Part shown: positions 11,533 through 24,775 of the stretch, one piece after another
Numbering within the stretch: the stretch's first letter is position 1
How the letters are laid out: each line of letters begins with the position of its first letter
NCBI GenBank assembly: GCA_051294905.1
Contig: CM119372.1
Location: 31,312,001-31,376,000 of the forward strand
Length of the DNA stretch: 64,000 bases
Direction: 5' to 3'
DNA from: Botryllus schlosseri
Taxonomy: Eukaryota
The notes under the pieces: generated by a model
The model's input: only the letters and a program-made list of their open reading frames with translations
Told to the model about the DNA's origin: nothing
The model's database searches: none
Program-made: the position numbers and the translations under genes

Positions 11533-14500
11533 GCCTGAGGTTGTTAGTGGTATTAAAAACAAACAAGGCCGATAATCACTCCTAATTTAGATTTTTCTTA
11601 AAGTACTGTGAAAGACCTTTCCGGCAATACGTTGATTGTGTGAAATATATCGGCGAAACACTCTTGAATTCAGCTTGGAATTTGTATGCTTTGGAATATG
11701 TCACACATTTGGAATGGCGGGCATATGTCCGATACCCAATTTTGCCTGAGGTTGTTAGTGGTATTAAAAACAAACAAGGCCGATAATCACTCCTAATTTA
11801 GATTTTTCTTAACGTACTGTGAAAGACCTTTCCGATAATACGCTGATTGTATGAAATATATTGGCGAAAGACCCTTGAATTCAGCTTTGAATTGGGCATA
11901 CTTTGGAATATGTCGCACATTTGGAATGGCGGGCATATGTCTGATACCCAATTTTGCCTGAGGTTGTTAGTGGTATTAAAAACAAACAAGGCCGATAATC
12001 ACTCCTAATTTAGATTTTTCTTAAAGTACTGTGAAAGACCTTTCCGGCAATACGTTGATTGTGTGAAATATATCGGCGAAACACTCTTGAATTCAGCTTG
12101 GAATTTGTATGCTTTGGAATATGTCACACATTTGGAATGGCGGGCATATGTCCGATACCCAATTTTGCCTGAGGTTGTTAGTGGTATTAAAAACAAACAA
12201 GGCCGATAATCACTCCTAATTTAGATTTTTCTTAAAGTACTTTGAAAGACCTTTCCGGCAATACGTTGATTGTGTGAAATATATCGGCGAAACACTCTTG
12301 AATTCAGCTTGGAATTTGTATGCTTTGGAATATGTCACACATTTGGAATGGCGGGCATATGTCCGATACCCAATTTTGCCTGAGGTTGTTAGTGGTATTA
12401 AAAAGAAACAAGGCCGATAATCACTCCTAATTTCGATTTTTCTTAAAGTACTGTGAAAGACCTTTCCGGCAATACGTTGATTTTGTGAAATATATCGGCG
12501 AAACACTCTTGAATTCAGCTTGGAATTTGTATGCTTTGGAATATGTCACACATTTGGAATGGCGGGCATATGTCCGATACCCAATTTTGCCTGAGGTTGT
12601 TAGTGGTATTAAAAACAAACAAGGCCGATAATCACTCCTAATTTAGATTTTTCTTAACGTACTTTGAATGACCTTTCCGGCAATACGTTGATTGTGTGAA
12701 ATATATTGGCGAAATACCCTTGAATTCAGCTTTGAATTGGGCATACTTTAGAATATGTCGCACATTTGGAATGGCGGGCATATGTCCGATACCCAATTTT
12801 GCCTGAGGTTGTTAGTGGTATTAAAAACAAACAAGGCCGATAATCACTCCTAATTTCGATTTTTCTTAAAGTACTGTGAAAGACCTTTCCGGCAATACGT
12901 TGATTGTGTGAAATATATCGGTGAAACACTCTTGAATTCAGTTTGGAATTTGTATGCTTTGGAATATGTCGCACATTTGGAATGGCGGGCATATGTCCGA
13001 CACCCAATTTTGCCTGAGGTTGTTAGTGGTATTAAAAACAAACAAGGCCGATAATCACTCCTAATTTAGATTTTTCTTAAAGTACTGTGAAAGACCTTTC
13101 CGGCAATACGTTGATTGTGTGAAATATATCGGCGAAACACTCTTGAATTCAGCTTGGAATTTGTATGCTTTGGAATATGTCGCAAATTTGGAATGGCGGG
13201 CATATGTCCGATACCCAATTTTGCCTGAGGTTGTTAGTGGTATTAAAAACAAACAAGGCCGATAATCACTCCTAATTTAGATTTTTCGTAAAGTACTGTG
13301 AAAGACCTTTCCGGCAATACGTTGATTGTGTGAAATATATCGGCGAAACACTCTTGAATTCAGCTTGGAATTTGTATGCTTTGGAATATGTCGCACATTT
13401 GGAATGGCGGGCATATGTCCGATACCCAATTTGGCCTGAGGTTGTTAGTGGTATTAAAAACAAACAAGGCCGATAATCACTCCTAATTTAGATTTTTCTT
13501 AACGTACTTTGAATGACCTTTCCGGCAATACGTTGATTGTGTGAAATATATTGGCGAAAGACCCTTGAATTCAGCTTTGAATTGGGCATACTTTGGAATA
13601 TGTCGCACATTTGGAATGGCGGGCATATGTCCGATACCCAATTTTGCCTGAGGTTGTTAGTGGTATTAAAAACAAACAAGGCCGATAATCACTCCTAATT
13701 TAGATTTTTCTTAAAGTACTTTGAAAGACCTTTCCGGCAATACGTTGATTGTGTGAAATATATCGGCGAAACACTCTTGAATTCAGCTTGGAATTTGTAT
13801 GCTTTGGAATATGTCACACATTTGGAATGGCGGGCATATGTCCGATACCCAATTTTGCCTGAGGTTGTTAGTGGTATTAAAAACAAACAAGGCCGATAAT
13901 CACTCCTAATTTAGATTTTTCTTAACGTCCTGTGAAAAACCTTTCCGGCAATACGTTGATTGTGTGAAATATATTGGCGAAACACTCTTGAATTTACCTT
14001 GGAATTTGTATGCTTTGGAATCTGTCGCACATTTGGAATGGCGGGCATATGTCCGATAGCGCAATTTTACCTGAGGTTGGTAGTGGTATTAAAAACAAAC
14101 AAGGCCGATAATCACTCGTAATTTAGATTTTTCTTAACGTACTTTGAATGACGTTTCCGGCAATACGTTGATTGTGTGAAATATATTGGCGAAAGACCCT
14201 TGAATTCAGCTTTGAATTGGGCATACTTTGGAATATGTCGCACATTTGGAATGGCGGGCATATGTCCGATACCCAATTTTGCCTGAGGTTGTTAGTGGTA
14301 TTAAAAACAAACAAGGCCGATAATCACTCCTAATTTAGATTTTTCTTAAAGTACTGTGAAAGACCTTTCCGGCAATACGTTGATTGTGTGAAATATATCG
14401 GCGAAACACTCTTGAATTCAGCTTGGAATTTGTATGCTTTGGAATATGTCACACATTTGGAATGGCGGGCATATGTCCGATACCCAATTTTGCCTGAGGT

Positions 14501-14900
14501 TGTTAGTGGTATTAAAAACAAACAAGGCCGATAATCACTCCTAATTTAGATTTTTCTTAACGTACTTTGAATGACGTTTCCGGCAATACGTTGATTGTGT
14601 GAAATATATTGGCGAAAGACCCTTGAATTCAGCTTTGAATTGGGCATACTTTGGAATATGTCGCACATTTGGAATGGCGGGCATATGTCCGATACCCAAT
14701 TTTGCCTGAGGTTGTTAGTGGTATTAAAACAAACAAGGCCGATAATCACTCCTAATTTAGATTTTTCTTAAAGTACTGTGAAAGACCTTTCCGGCAATAC
14801 GTTGATTGTGTGAAATATATCAGCGAAACATTCTTGAATTCATCTTGGAATTGAGCATACTTTGTAATATGTCGCCCATTTGGAATGGCGGTCACATATC
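11533..14900 (-). repeat. Tandem array, 15 full units of 211-212 bp (right arm, inverted)
   Basis: Unit markers at 11579, 11790, 12002, 12213, 12424, 12635, 12847, 13058, 13269, 13480, 13692, 13903, 14115, 14327, 14538, 14749. Confidence 0.95.
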
Positions 14901-16592
14901 CGAAAGGCGGAATATTGCGACAGGGAAAATGGCACTAATGTGTCAAGTTGATTCTCGTTAGCCGGTCTCACTGTGAATAGAAGATGTATAGGTATTAGAG
15001 ATATTATATTTGTTTAGAATAACCTAACATTTCGATTATTGAATAGTGGAATACTGTCCTGCGCTCAGTTGAGGGTTAATATTCCGAGTTCGCGGAAATA
15101 GTGTTTCACGTGATCACAGAGATTTTGCCGAAATTTCGCCAGGACGAGTTGAGTACAACCATGCACTTCGCAAACAATGACTATGTTCGGCAATGCCGAA
15201 TCGTCTGCTGATTGCTGAACGCAATGGCCCAGCTTTGCCGACTGAATATATCAACAGGATAAACCGTGAGACTTTGCCAAATACCGCTATGGAGCAGTGA
15301 TTTTCGTTATAACGGTGTTTCCTCTTTTATTCTTATAATTCTGATGTTGAAAGCAAATTCAAATTTAATTGCATTGAATTGAGCTGCATGTTTTCTTCAA
15401 AGCGAAGCAGTAAATGTCTCAGTCAGTGAACGCAAAACTGTTTTGGCATCAGATGAAGGTTGAGATATGAAAATACATGCAGCCGAATTTAGTCTGCAGT
15501 CCAAAGAACCAAAAAAGTGGAACTGAGGTTTTATGTTCAAATCTGAAATCTGAAGTATTGATGGTGAATGATATGCAAATCTGTGGCATAATTTTTGAGA
15601 AAAAGTGCCGACAGTAGTTTCCGTGGCATAGTGGCATGGCATACTACCTTTTGTCTTTTGATATGTTTGGTAATATGGAATTGGTGTCTTGTGCACACCG
15701 GGGATTCTAGCCACTGCACTGGACACCAAATGGCCCTGTGGATATATACGCAGTTCACGCAGATCACGCCGGTATCACGTGGGTATCACTCTCCCACGTT
15801 GTTCTGGTGCTCAGGTTCAAGTCTGGAGTGTTTTTGGGGATGTGTTCCAGTTTGTTTAGTAATCATAATCAGGTATCTCGCAGGTAAACCTCCAGCACTT
15901 CGGAATCAAACTCTGAAGTCGACCTCGGATGGACTCGAACCCGTGTGTCTGCGGTGTGTTCATGCTAGTTATCATGTCTTGTGTTTATTTGTCGCCGATT
16001 TTTAAATTCGTTGAATTTGCATTTTGCCAGATGGTTTGAAGCGGCTGAAGGAGACACTTTGCTCGCGTGAGCTTACGACCTGGACTAGCATCGAACAGGC
16101 GGCCTTGGAAGCAAAATCTATACTGCTACCGGTAGTGGTTACTTCCAACATTTGGGACGCAGGTCCTAAGCGGTGAAAGTTCATCTGTGATCCTTGATGA
16201 AGGATCGAAAAGGAAGCGAATGTGAAGGATGGGATTTCGTATCTCAATTCCCAAATACATCAAGTTAAACGCTTGTCCATTAATTAAAGAAATAACACCT
16301 CAATGTCGTCATAGTCAATTCATGGTCTACTTTGGACGTACGTCACAAAGATGCGAATTTTGGGACAGATAATATGGAGTTTGCGCAGCTGTTCTCAGAT
16401 TAGTTGATATCATTTCATTATTGATGTAATGGAATAGTTGGCTACTATATAATATATTTGCTGTTCACCAATATAATTGGCAACCTTCGTTGCGAGTTAC
16501 TTTCAAATAGTAAGCTAAAACTCGTTTCAGACAGATATTAAATGCGTGAACTGCGTATATCCACAGTGCCCACCAAATACATTGTGCTAAAC

Positions 16593-17536
16593 CAGTGGTT
16601 CTTCACCTTTTCTCGCCCAGTGCCCCTATCGGAAATTTTAAGGACTGACGATCCCTACTGGAATCTCGGTACGTTTTGCATGATATATCAGGTGAGCAGC
16701 GAAGATTCTCCATGTCAAAGTAATTTAATAAAAAATAATTTAAAAATAAAACATAGTGTGAGCACAGGAGACCGATTCCATACAGGCCGACGATCGGGTA
16801 ACGGTCCAAGTCCGGTTGTTTTTTCGGGTTTGGAAATATTTCACGCTTGTTAAATAACCCCCTATGAACAGCCGACTAATTAACGATCTAATAATTCTAT
16901 GTGCTATTTTCAGGACCAAATCAAGGTTCTCATCCTAACTGTTGTGTACAGTCCCCGAGCCCGATGTACACACCCGATTCGGTGACATTGTATTTTGTAT
17001 CTCTCCATAACAAGGATATTTAGTTATTCATTCTGGTCAGAAAGCATTAAATCATGCCTACTGTACAAATGGCTCTCATTTTCAAAAGTGCTATAGAACC
17101 ACTCTTCCAGATTTCGAGGCACAGTGTGCTGCAATATATATAGCCTAATACTTCGTTCAAAAGATTTTGTCTGGAAAACCCCCATCCAGTGTGATTTAAC
17201 TGTGTTAAGGGATATTTTGCTACCTAAAATTACGCGCTTGAAGCGTAAAAAGCACATTTTAGATGAAATATTGTAACGACTGCATTTGTGGAAACACTAA
17301 ATACATAGCCGGTATATTTCGCGCAAAGCGCAACGAAAATTTTGGATAATTGATGAATATTGCAACGAGATCTCAAGGACTTGGTATCCCTATGGGAATT
17401 AGTATACCATCTGTACTGTTACGCCATTTCTCTTTGACGCCCCCACAGGCCCCACATATCGCCCCTGAGTGTTTCCGCCCCCTTTGGAATCCAAATCACC
17501 CCAAGGGGGCGCTGGCGACATGGTTAAGAACCACTG
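16593..17536. mobile_element. hAT-type non-autonomous element
   Basis: CAGTGGTTCTT / AAGAACCACTG TIR; TSD TGCTAAAC / CGCTAAAC. Confidence 0.75.
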
Positions 17537-18552
17537 CGCTAAACGGACGGGGATTCCAACCTGGTATATTTGCATGAATGCATGAACCTGAGTCATGGTA
17601 AAGCGATGCAATGGCTTTACACTGAAGGCTACCAGTTTTATTTGTAATGACATTCCATTTAAACTTAGCGGGCAATTTTCGTATGCCTTGAACTATGCCA
17701 ACAAAATCCCTCAGTAATTTCCTATATAACTTATATCTCAATTTTGCCATATGTATTTATTTACCTTTCTATTGACGAAACATTAATAAATATATTGTGA
17801 TGAACCTTTTATTACAAGTAAAACTATTTATTATTAAGAGCCATAGATCGATCTTGTCTCAATATTGACATTTGTGCAGTATTTTCGATAAAATCAAATG
17901 ATCACAAAATTCTTCATGATCAATTTTAAGGGTCATGAGAAATACTAATTATCTGTAAAGAACGGGATGCCGAGAAAAAAACTGAAGTCACTCGTCAAGA
18001 TGCTTCATTTATTATTTATAAACACTAGCCTACCATACCAAATAGCAATATATTTCTTCAATCGACGTTTCTGTCCAAGTACAGTAGTTTCAACCATCAT
18101 ATACTAGTGTTTTGTTCGAGGACTAATTATTGTGTATCGTACTAAATTTGACTCGTACTTTGTAGTAGCATACTAATTTTATATGAACCATATTGTTATA
18201 TATATTTCGGGCGTATATGTTCTATTCACTGTTATAACTTGTATCTCGCCTACACAATATAGAATCAACTACTCTCGATAGATGGAGTAGACACGATGCC
18301 CACCAGATCACTTTGTCGTAGCTTGATCTCGTAATTGAATAAATACTAATATCAGTGTCTAAGAAGCATATATCCCACTGATATTCATTTTATATCATAA
18401 TTCTTTCATGCACTGTATCTCAGGTGGTGCGTACAATCAATTTACATGTGACTTGTAAAATTTTTATTCCATATTATATTATTATTTGTCATGATAAATA
18501 ATAATAAATTCTCTTCCTCTCACACACACAGACACATCAATAGAGACTTGAT

Positions 18553-21500
18553 ATGGGAGCTTGGAAAAAAATCTTCTTGTTCGGTGACTCATTGACGCAA
18601 TATTCCTTCGCCCCAAACGGTTGGGGCGCAGCAATAGCGGATGCCTTCCAAAGAAAAGCGGATGTTATCAACAGAGGATTTTCTGGGTACAACACAAAGA
18701 ATGCGGTAGATTTGCTTCAGATCGACTTTCCCGAAGGATGTGCTACGGTTTGTTTTCTTGATTTGCATGGTGTTCTGATTGGACTGGTAATTTTCGGCCA
18801 GTGATGCATACAAAATTTTCACTAGCTCTTTCTGACCATAAAGTACACGAAAAGCTATCTTTACCTATCAAGTATGTCTATGTCATGCGTTGCACATCTT
18901 GCAGTGTCCTAGTCTCCCTTGTAAAAATTGCTGGTGCGAAAGAAACATTTTGACATTGTTCTCCACATCAAAGCATAAGTGATATTACCCAGCTACATCA
19001 CTCTCCAAGTTCAATTCGGCAGTCAGTAGAGTGAGTTTGATGACATGCAATGTGTGCAAGTGCAGTCATGGACTGTGACGTATCAGCGTTTTTCACTATA
19101 GGCATCATATTATACACAGCAACTCAGACAATCAGCTTTGCAATTCGTTGACAACCAGCTTTGCAATTCATTGTCATGTCTAATCCAATATTTCAACCTC
19201 TTTAGGGTGAAGATGCAGTAGTCATATGCTTTGGTGCTAATGATTCGGTATTGAAGAAGTTCGAACAGCACATACCGGTGGAACAGTACGCATCAAACTT
19301 GCGTACGATCGTCGATCATTTTTCATTGTTGGGCATTCCGAAGACGCAAACTTTTCTGATATCTCCGCCGACAGTCGATCCAGAGGTGAAATTTTGTGAG
19401 TGGTTTCACTGTTGTATATTATCTCTGACGGGAACAGTTTGAAATATGCCCCGGAAAAATGATGATACTTTTTGCAGTAGGACTACTTAAGTATGTTTTG
19501 TCCGTGTTTTAATTATGGACAACTGCATATTCTGCCTTGATATTCTTTACCCTTAAAATACTGGTTGATAAATTTGTGAATAAGACTTATGTAGTCTAGT
19601 CAATTTGCGTAGAGGGAAGATGCAGCATTCGATTGCTTTAGCCGGGGGTGGGCAAACTGCGGCTCTTTAATGATTGCATAAATGCACATGCGTTTCGCCA
19701 TTTGCTGGAGAGGTTTAACCAAGATTATAAATTGATTCATGTTATGTATTGTCTTCGTGTTGTTTCTTCGCATATGGTTTACGCAAGACTTGTAAAATAT
19801 AGGGGACAGTGAGAACACAGGGTTAGAGATTTGAAATTGAACTATCGAATTGAGTTCAAATAAACATTTCACCTGCAACAATGGATGCCTGGAGATTTGG
19901 TGATCAATCAATGATAAATCATCATTTTCACCAATGAACTTGATGATTAATTACGCCAGAGCAGGTCACACTCATTTCCGGGCTAGCAATGGTGAATACG
20001 GCTCTTCCGTTCCATTTGTATTGTAAAGGCTAGCAATAACTGCAGAGTTTGGCCAAGATAATGTCGTCGAGGATACAGCGCTGATACCTTACTTAAATTT
20101 TCATCAGCACTTGAAGGAACTGCTCCACACTGCTGAGACGTCATAGCAGCCTGCAGCCTGATTTCAAATGCCTTGCAGCCCAGGTGGAGACGCACCGTAT
20201 CACCAGACAATAGTGAACTTCATTCAATAGCCTGCATTTCATTGTGACGTCATTAATTCATATTTTTGAATTTTGTGTTGCGAGTCTTCTAAAGTTAAGA
20301 TTTTTGATACCGGTATGTGACTCGCGCATGAAGCAGGTCTACCCGCCCCTGATACAGCCCTTGTATGGCGTTCAAAGACTATGGTTTTATTATTCTTTTT
20401 GGGGCTATTAGTGATTCTTACCTTGGTCACAGTGCATCTTGCACTTGGAGAGCTGTCACTGGAAATTCATCAGTAAAATTGTGCAACGCTTGGTTTTAAT
20501 CAATGTCACTAGACTTCTTCCCACGATAATATTGAAAGATGTCATTTATTAGTTCATGTGGATGTGGTGTGTCTTGGAAAGGCATAATACTACTAGGGCA
20601 TTAATGGACTTCAATGCTTGATACAATTTGCAATGCATTTTGACATGCATCAATGTTTAGTGAACATTTGTTAATGATTGCTATAGGTAACATCTAGTTT
20701 TTTTTTCCATTTGCAGGCTTGGGTGGAGTATAAAATTTCTCAAGATCGTGATAACGAACGTGACCGTCTCAACGAGAATACGAAGCTTTACGCAGAAGCT
20801 GCTGAAAAAGTAGGTGGTAATGTATCATAACTATGAACTATCTGTTGTCTGTTGGCAAGAATATACAATAATGAGAGTAATTTTACTTGGAATGACTACT
20901 TCCACTATTTTTCTGCTATTTACCATAGATCCAAATCCTGTTCCCAATTTGAAACTTGAGTTCAATTCCGAAACTAAATCTACATTCCATTTCGTAGCCT
21001 GTCTAAATCCATGACAAAGAGGGCAATGACTGATATTTTTCTCAACAGTTGCAGGAAAATGTAAATTATCACATATTCCACCTACAAATCCCTATTCGGA
21101 TAATTGAAAATGGTACCAGTAGGTTTGCTGATGGCCGCTGTACGTCAATTGTTTAAAAAAAATGGTCCCGTAATCAATGTTCCCTCTAAGCTGCGCACGT
21201 GCGCAAATGCGCAGTGCTGACGTGGTCTCTGCGCACAGAAAATCTAAGTTGCGCACAAAAAATCCGAAGTGATGACCTTCTTTTTTTAGTCGTTATGCAC
21301 TGTTGTCCAACGGTATGCGCAGTGAGTTGGTGAGTGTGCGCAGACTTGTCAAAAATTAGAGGGAACATTGCCCGTAATCTGCATACCCGGGAATAATTCG
21401 CCTCGGGTTGGGTGGCAGCTAGGGTGGTATCGATCAATTGTAACTAAGACTTATATATTGAGACTTATAGTTTGTTGGTCGATTAGTCGTATCACAGCAT

Positions 21501-22421
21501 TCGAAACAGGTACCTTATTACAAAGTATTTTAGTACCTATGATGATGTCATGTCACAACATTAATATTGACTGTAAATGTATCTGTTTTACAACCCCCAA
21601 GAAAATTATGCCGGTGACAAGTCATCCAAAATAAACTTGCATTTTTAGACCAAAACTATTTCGTAGCAACATGCTGTGTTACGGTCAACCGAGTTTTCGA
21701 GGCTCTAATGGTGGGAATAATGTATTGTAACTAAATTATATGCTGATGAAATAGTAGGCCTACTCTTGGTGTGAATGCCTATATTTTCGGTGAGTCACAA
21801 AAACAAGAATCTAACACATTACTACAGAATACAGGTGTGCGCAAAATGAACTGTTCATCAACAACAATGTTACAAGAACATGATTTTAACACAAAACATG
21901 AAAGATGATGAATTATAATGAATATTTATCGGAAATCAGTGTGACTTTTATTGTAAAGCGCGGGTGTGTGTGTGTTGACCTCTGCCTCACTCCGGACAGT
22001 GGCTCCGCTAACCCCTGGGGTTTGTTTGAATCCTGGTAAAGAACCACTGGGCCAAGTTCGGTAATTCATAGACCGCACCCCGCACGTCATTTCGTCTCCT
22101 TCCTATCTTTTCATTTTATCCTTATCTTGTGATGTTTTGAATTGATAAAAATACTAAAATAATGAATGAATGAATGAATCAGACTGTACGGACACTGTTT
22201 TTGACCTGCAGGTCGCCAAGGACAAATCCTGCATGTTCATCGATTTGTGGTCAGCGTTTATGCTGGAAGAAAATTGGAAGAGCATGTTCTGCGACGGTTT
22301 GCATTTTAATGACGCCGGCAATCGATTCGTTGCCAAGCAAATCCTGGAGGAACTATCGAGCTTGGGCGAAGAATGGAAGATAGTTCGGCCTGACTGGAAA
22401 GACTTCTACAATTCTTCTTGA
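18553..22421 (+). CDS. IAH1: Isoamyl acetate-hydrolyzing esterase 1 homolog (SGNH/GDSL hydrolase), 225 aa, 4 exons
   Basis: Exons 18553-18747, 19206-19385, 20717-20809, 22212-22421, all GT-AG and phase 0; blocks FGDSLTQ, NRGFSGYNT, FGANDS, DGLHF. Confidence 0.93.
21175..21370. mobile_element. MITE in IAH1 intron 3
   Basis: TIR CAATGTTCCCTCTAA; perfect TSD CCCGTAAT. Confidence 0.85.
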
Positions 22422-23041
22422 GATGTTGTCGAATGTCGATGCTCAAGCCCGCCCTAACTTTTCAAAGTTGTCTGTGCGCTTGAATCAGACTTTCAAATCC
22501 CCTGAGGTATAGTTGCGAGAAGTCTCTTTCAGGGGAGAGTATTGATCTGACATGACTGGGCCTCGATTATTGCAATCAATAATTATTGATTGATTGCATT
22601 ATAAAGCAATCACTTACTAATGCTGTGAGATTACCCAGGTGCATTGTTGAGACTAGGGGCCTGCCCTAGGGAAAACTATGATTGCGTTATTGATTACATC
22701 TCATGATTGTTGTAATTAGTTCTTGTCTCTTTAATGTTTGCTCCTACTATGCCCATGATAAAATCTTTACTCGGTCCTGAATAATTTTCCTGTTAAAATT
22801 AGATATAATTTTCCTTTGGCATGCGGTAGTGGTCAAAAATGGTCACTGACGGTGCATACATATTACATAAGTGCAATCAATGCTAATAAATTCATTGAAG
22901 CATAAGTAGAGGTATCGATTCTGTAATGGTTTTGTGAGTAATGGGCTTAGAAATTGGATTCGGGCCGTACTGGCTCTGCTGTCCGGTCACCGTGAAATTA
23001 TTTCACTCCTGAACATTATGTAAGTCCATCGTAGTCTAAAA

Positions 23042-23646
23042 CAGCGGTTCTTAAACAGGGGTCCACGGACCCCTTGGGGGTACGAAGCAGCAAAGTAGGC
23101 AGTACGAGATGAAGTGCGCAATTATACGTTATTTGATTACCTCGATATTACTTTGCAAATCAACATATAGTGGAATATTATATCGATCGAATTTCTTCAA
23201 CTCGAAAATTTTGTTCAAGAGCTTCCTAGTTTGATATCTGGGTATGCCATTCCCTTCGTCAAAATAATAGTAGGCTTAATAAAAGATACACATTAGTAAC
23301 AGAAATGTGTTCGGACTTTTTTTTCGCAATTAAGAGTGAATGTTGTCTTGAAGCCATTAGGGTGCTTTAGTCTAGGGCACTCCAAAATGTCGGAGCTGAC
23401 CGTAATTTTCACGGCGGCGGTTAACATCTGGACCCTAAAATCAGAGCACATCGACGAAACCATTAATATCTCCAGTGGTTGAAATGTCTCCTGTCAATGA
23501 AATCCACAGTTGTGTTGAAAACCCTGGGCTCAATACCAGCCTTTGAGGGTGGCTTGACAAAGTGCTGTTTCGATCCAGAATAGGGGGTAAGAGAAACAGT
23601 TCATGACAGCTTAAGGGGTATGAGCGCTAAAAAGTTTTAAACACTG
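23042..23646. mobile_element. hAT-type MITE
   Basis: CAGCGGTTCTTAAAC start with degenerate right TIR; TSD GTCTAAAA / ATCTAAAA. Confidence 0.65.
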
Positions 23647-24775
23647 ATCTAAAAGCGACGACTTCCACTGCTAATTAAACAGTTTATCCACACTGCTAGT
23701 TGCTTCTCATAATTTTGGTTGTGTAAAGTAGAACGTAGTTGAGCCAACCTAATGGGTGAAAATTATCATAACAACCGCGCGAAATATAGCCCCTGTATCG
23801 CGATAAATGAAATGAATTCGTAGATTCTACACGTAGATTGTTTCAATAGTCACTTTGCGTTAGTTGCGAAGATACAGCTTGTGATTCGAAAGTAGCCACC
23901 TCTGAGTAACTGATCAAGGTATATGAGTCAGAAACAAATATACTTTTTGAAATGACTGACTTGAGTACAATTCAGATTAACTATCACGTGCTGCCATGAC
24001 GACACCTAATCCCGAGCCATGATCACTGTACTTGAATGTTTCCGGCATATCGTCAATGTCCTCCAGTGGAATCGATGCATATTTATTTCCGCAGTGAAGG
24101 AACATGCACTTCGTTTTGAGTTGTCAATAAACACTAAACAGTATCCATTCGTCTAGTCGATATACCTCAAACGTCAGGGCAATGAACCGGAGCAGACTTG
24201 GACAACTGGAAAATTTTCAGCTTTTCCGAATGAGATTAGAATTTATTTAGAGCTACACAAATTTTTCTACATTAGATTACAATTAGAGTTGCACAATTTT
24301 TCCAAATTGGATTAAAATTAGAATTACTGAATTCCCGAAAACTTGGAAATTGAATGAAATTGGGAATGAGAAATAAGTACAGCAAAAATCAAGTCAGTTC
24401 ACATCAAATTACAGTGCATTCCCATGCGCATAAGAATGGTTAACGTATGTCAGTGTTCGGATGACTCGACTCGAGTCACCCTTTATACTTGATTTGTCTG
24501 AAGTCACTTTGCAAAAATGATTTGTCTGGAGTCACTTTCCAAAATTGATTTGACTTGACTCTGCATTTCAAAAATGTATATTGACTCGTGACTCATATCA
24601 AAATTTAAGAGTCAATTTCAAGTAATCTGTGTCGATAAAAATTACTGTATCTTTCATATGTTCGGATTGTTCTCGGTACGTTTGGTGCTGTGCATTGTAC
24701 CGACTTGGTGTTTTCGCTGAGCCATCGTCTGAAAGATGCTTTCTTGTATTTCAACAAGGATCTGATCGTATACTA

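Larger units (their letters stand above)
7032..15075. mobile_element. Non-autonomous piggyBac-like element with satellite-filled inverted arms and a cargo core
   Basis: TTAA(7028-7031)-CCCTCAACT ... AGTTGAGGG-TTAA(15076-15079); ~180 bp near-identical subterminal inverted repeat, then inverted tandem arrays; no transposase recognised. Confidence 0.7.
6090..15154. repeat. Giant inverted-repeat (foldback) structure, outer boundary
   Basis: 6090-6935 is the near-perfect reverse complement of ~14310-15154; ACAACCA at 6082-6088 and 15155-15161. Confidence 0.9.

Noticed and set aside
6495..14749. Many repeated 63-108 aa ORFs in the arrays
   Set aside because: By-products of the 211-212 bp unit; frames shift between variants, starts are mostly non-ATG and no motifs are present.
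7210..14900. CRISPR-like array
   Set aside because: Units are near-identical over their full length, with no unique spacers and no cas genes, in a eukaryotic context.
5990..15260. RT-like ADDSAL...LQ frame on the minus strand across the reconstructed empty site
   Set aside because: Too short and weak; no other reverse transcriptase motifs nearby.
16031..16176. Possible terminal exon on + (GLKRLKETLCSRELTTW...GPKR*)
   Set aside because: Has an acceptor and a short open frame but no recognisable homology or partner exons.
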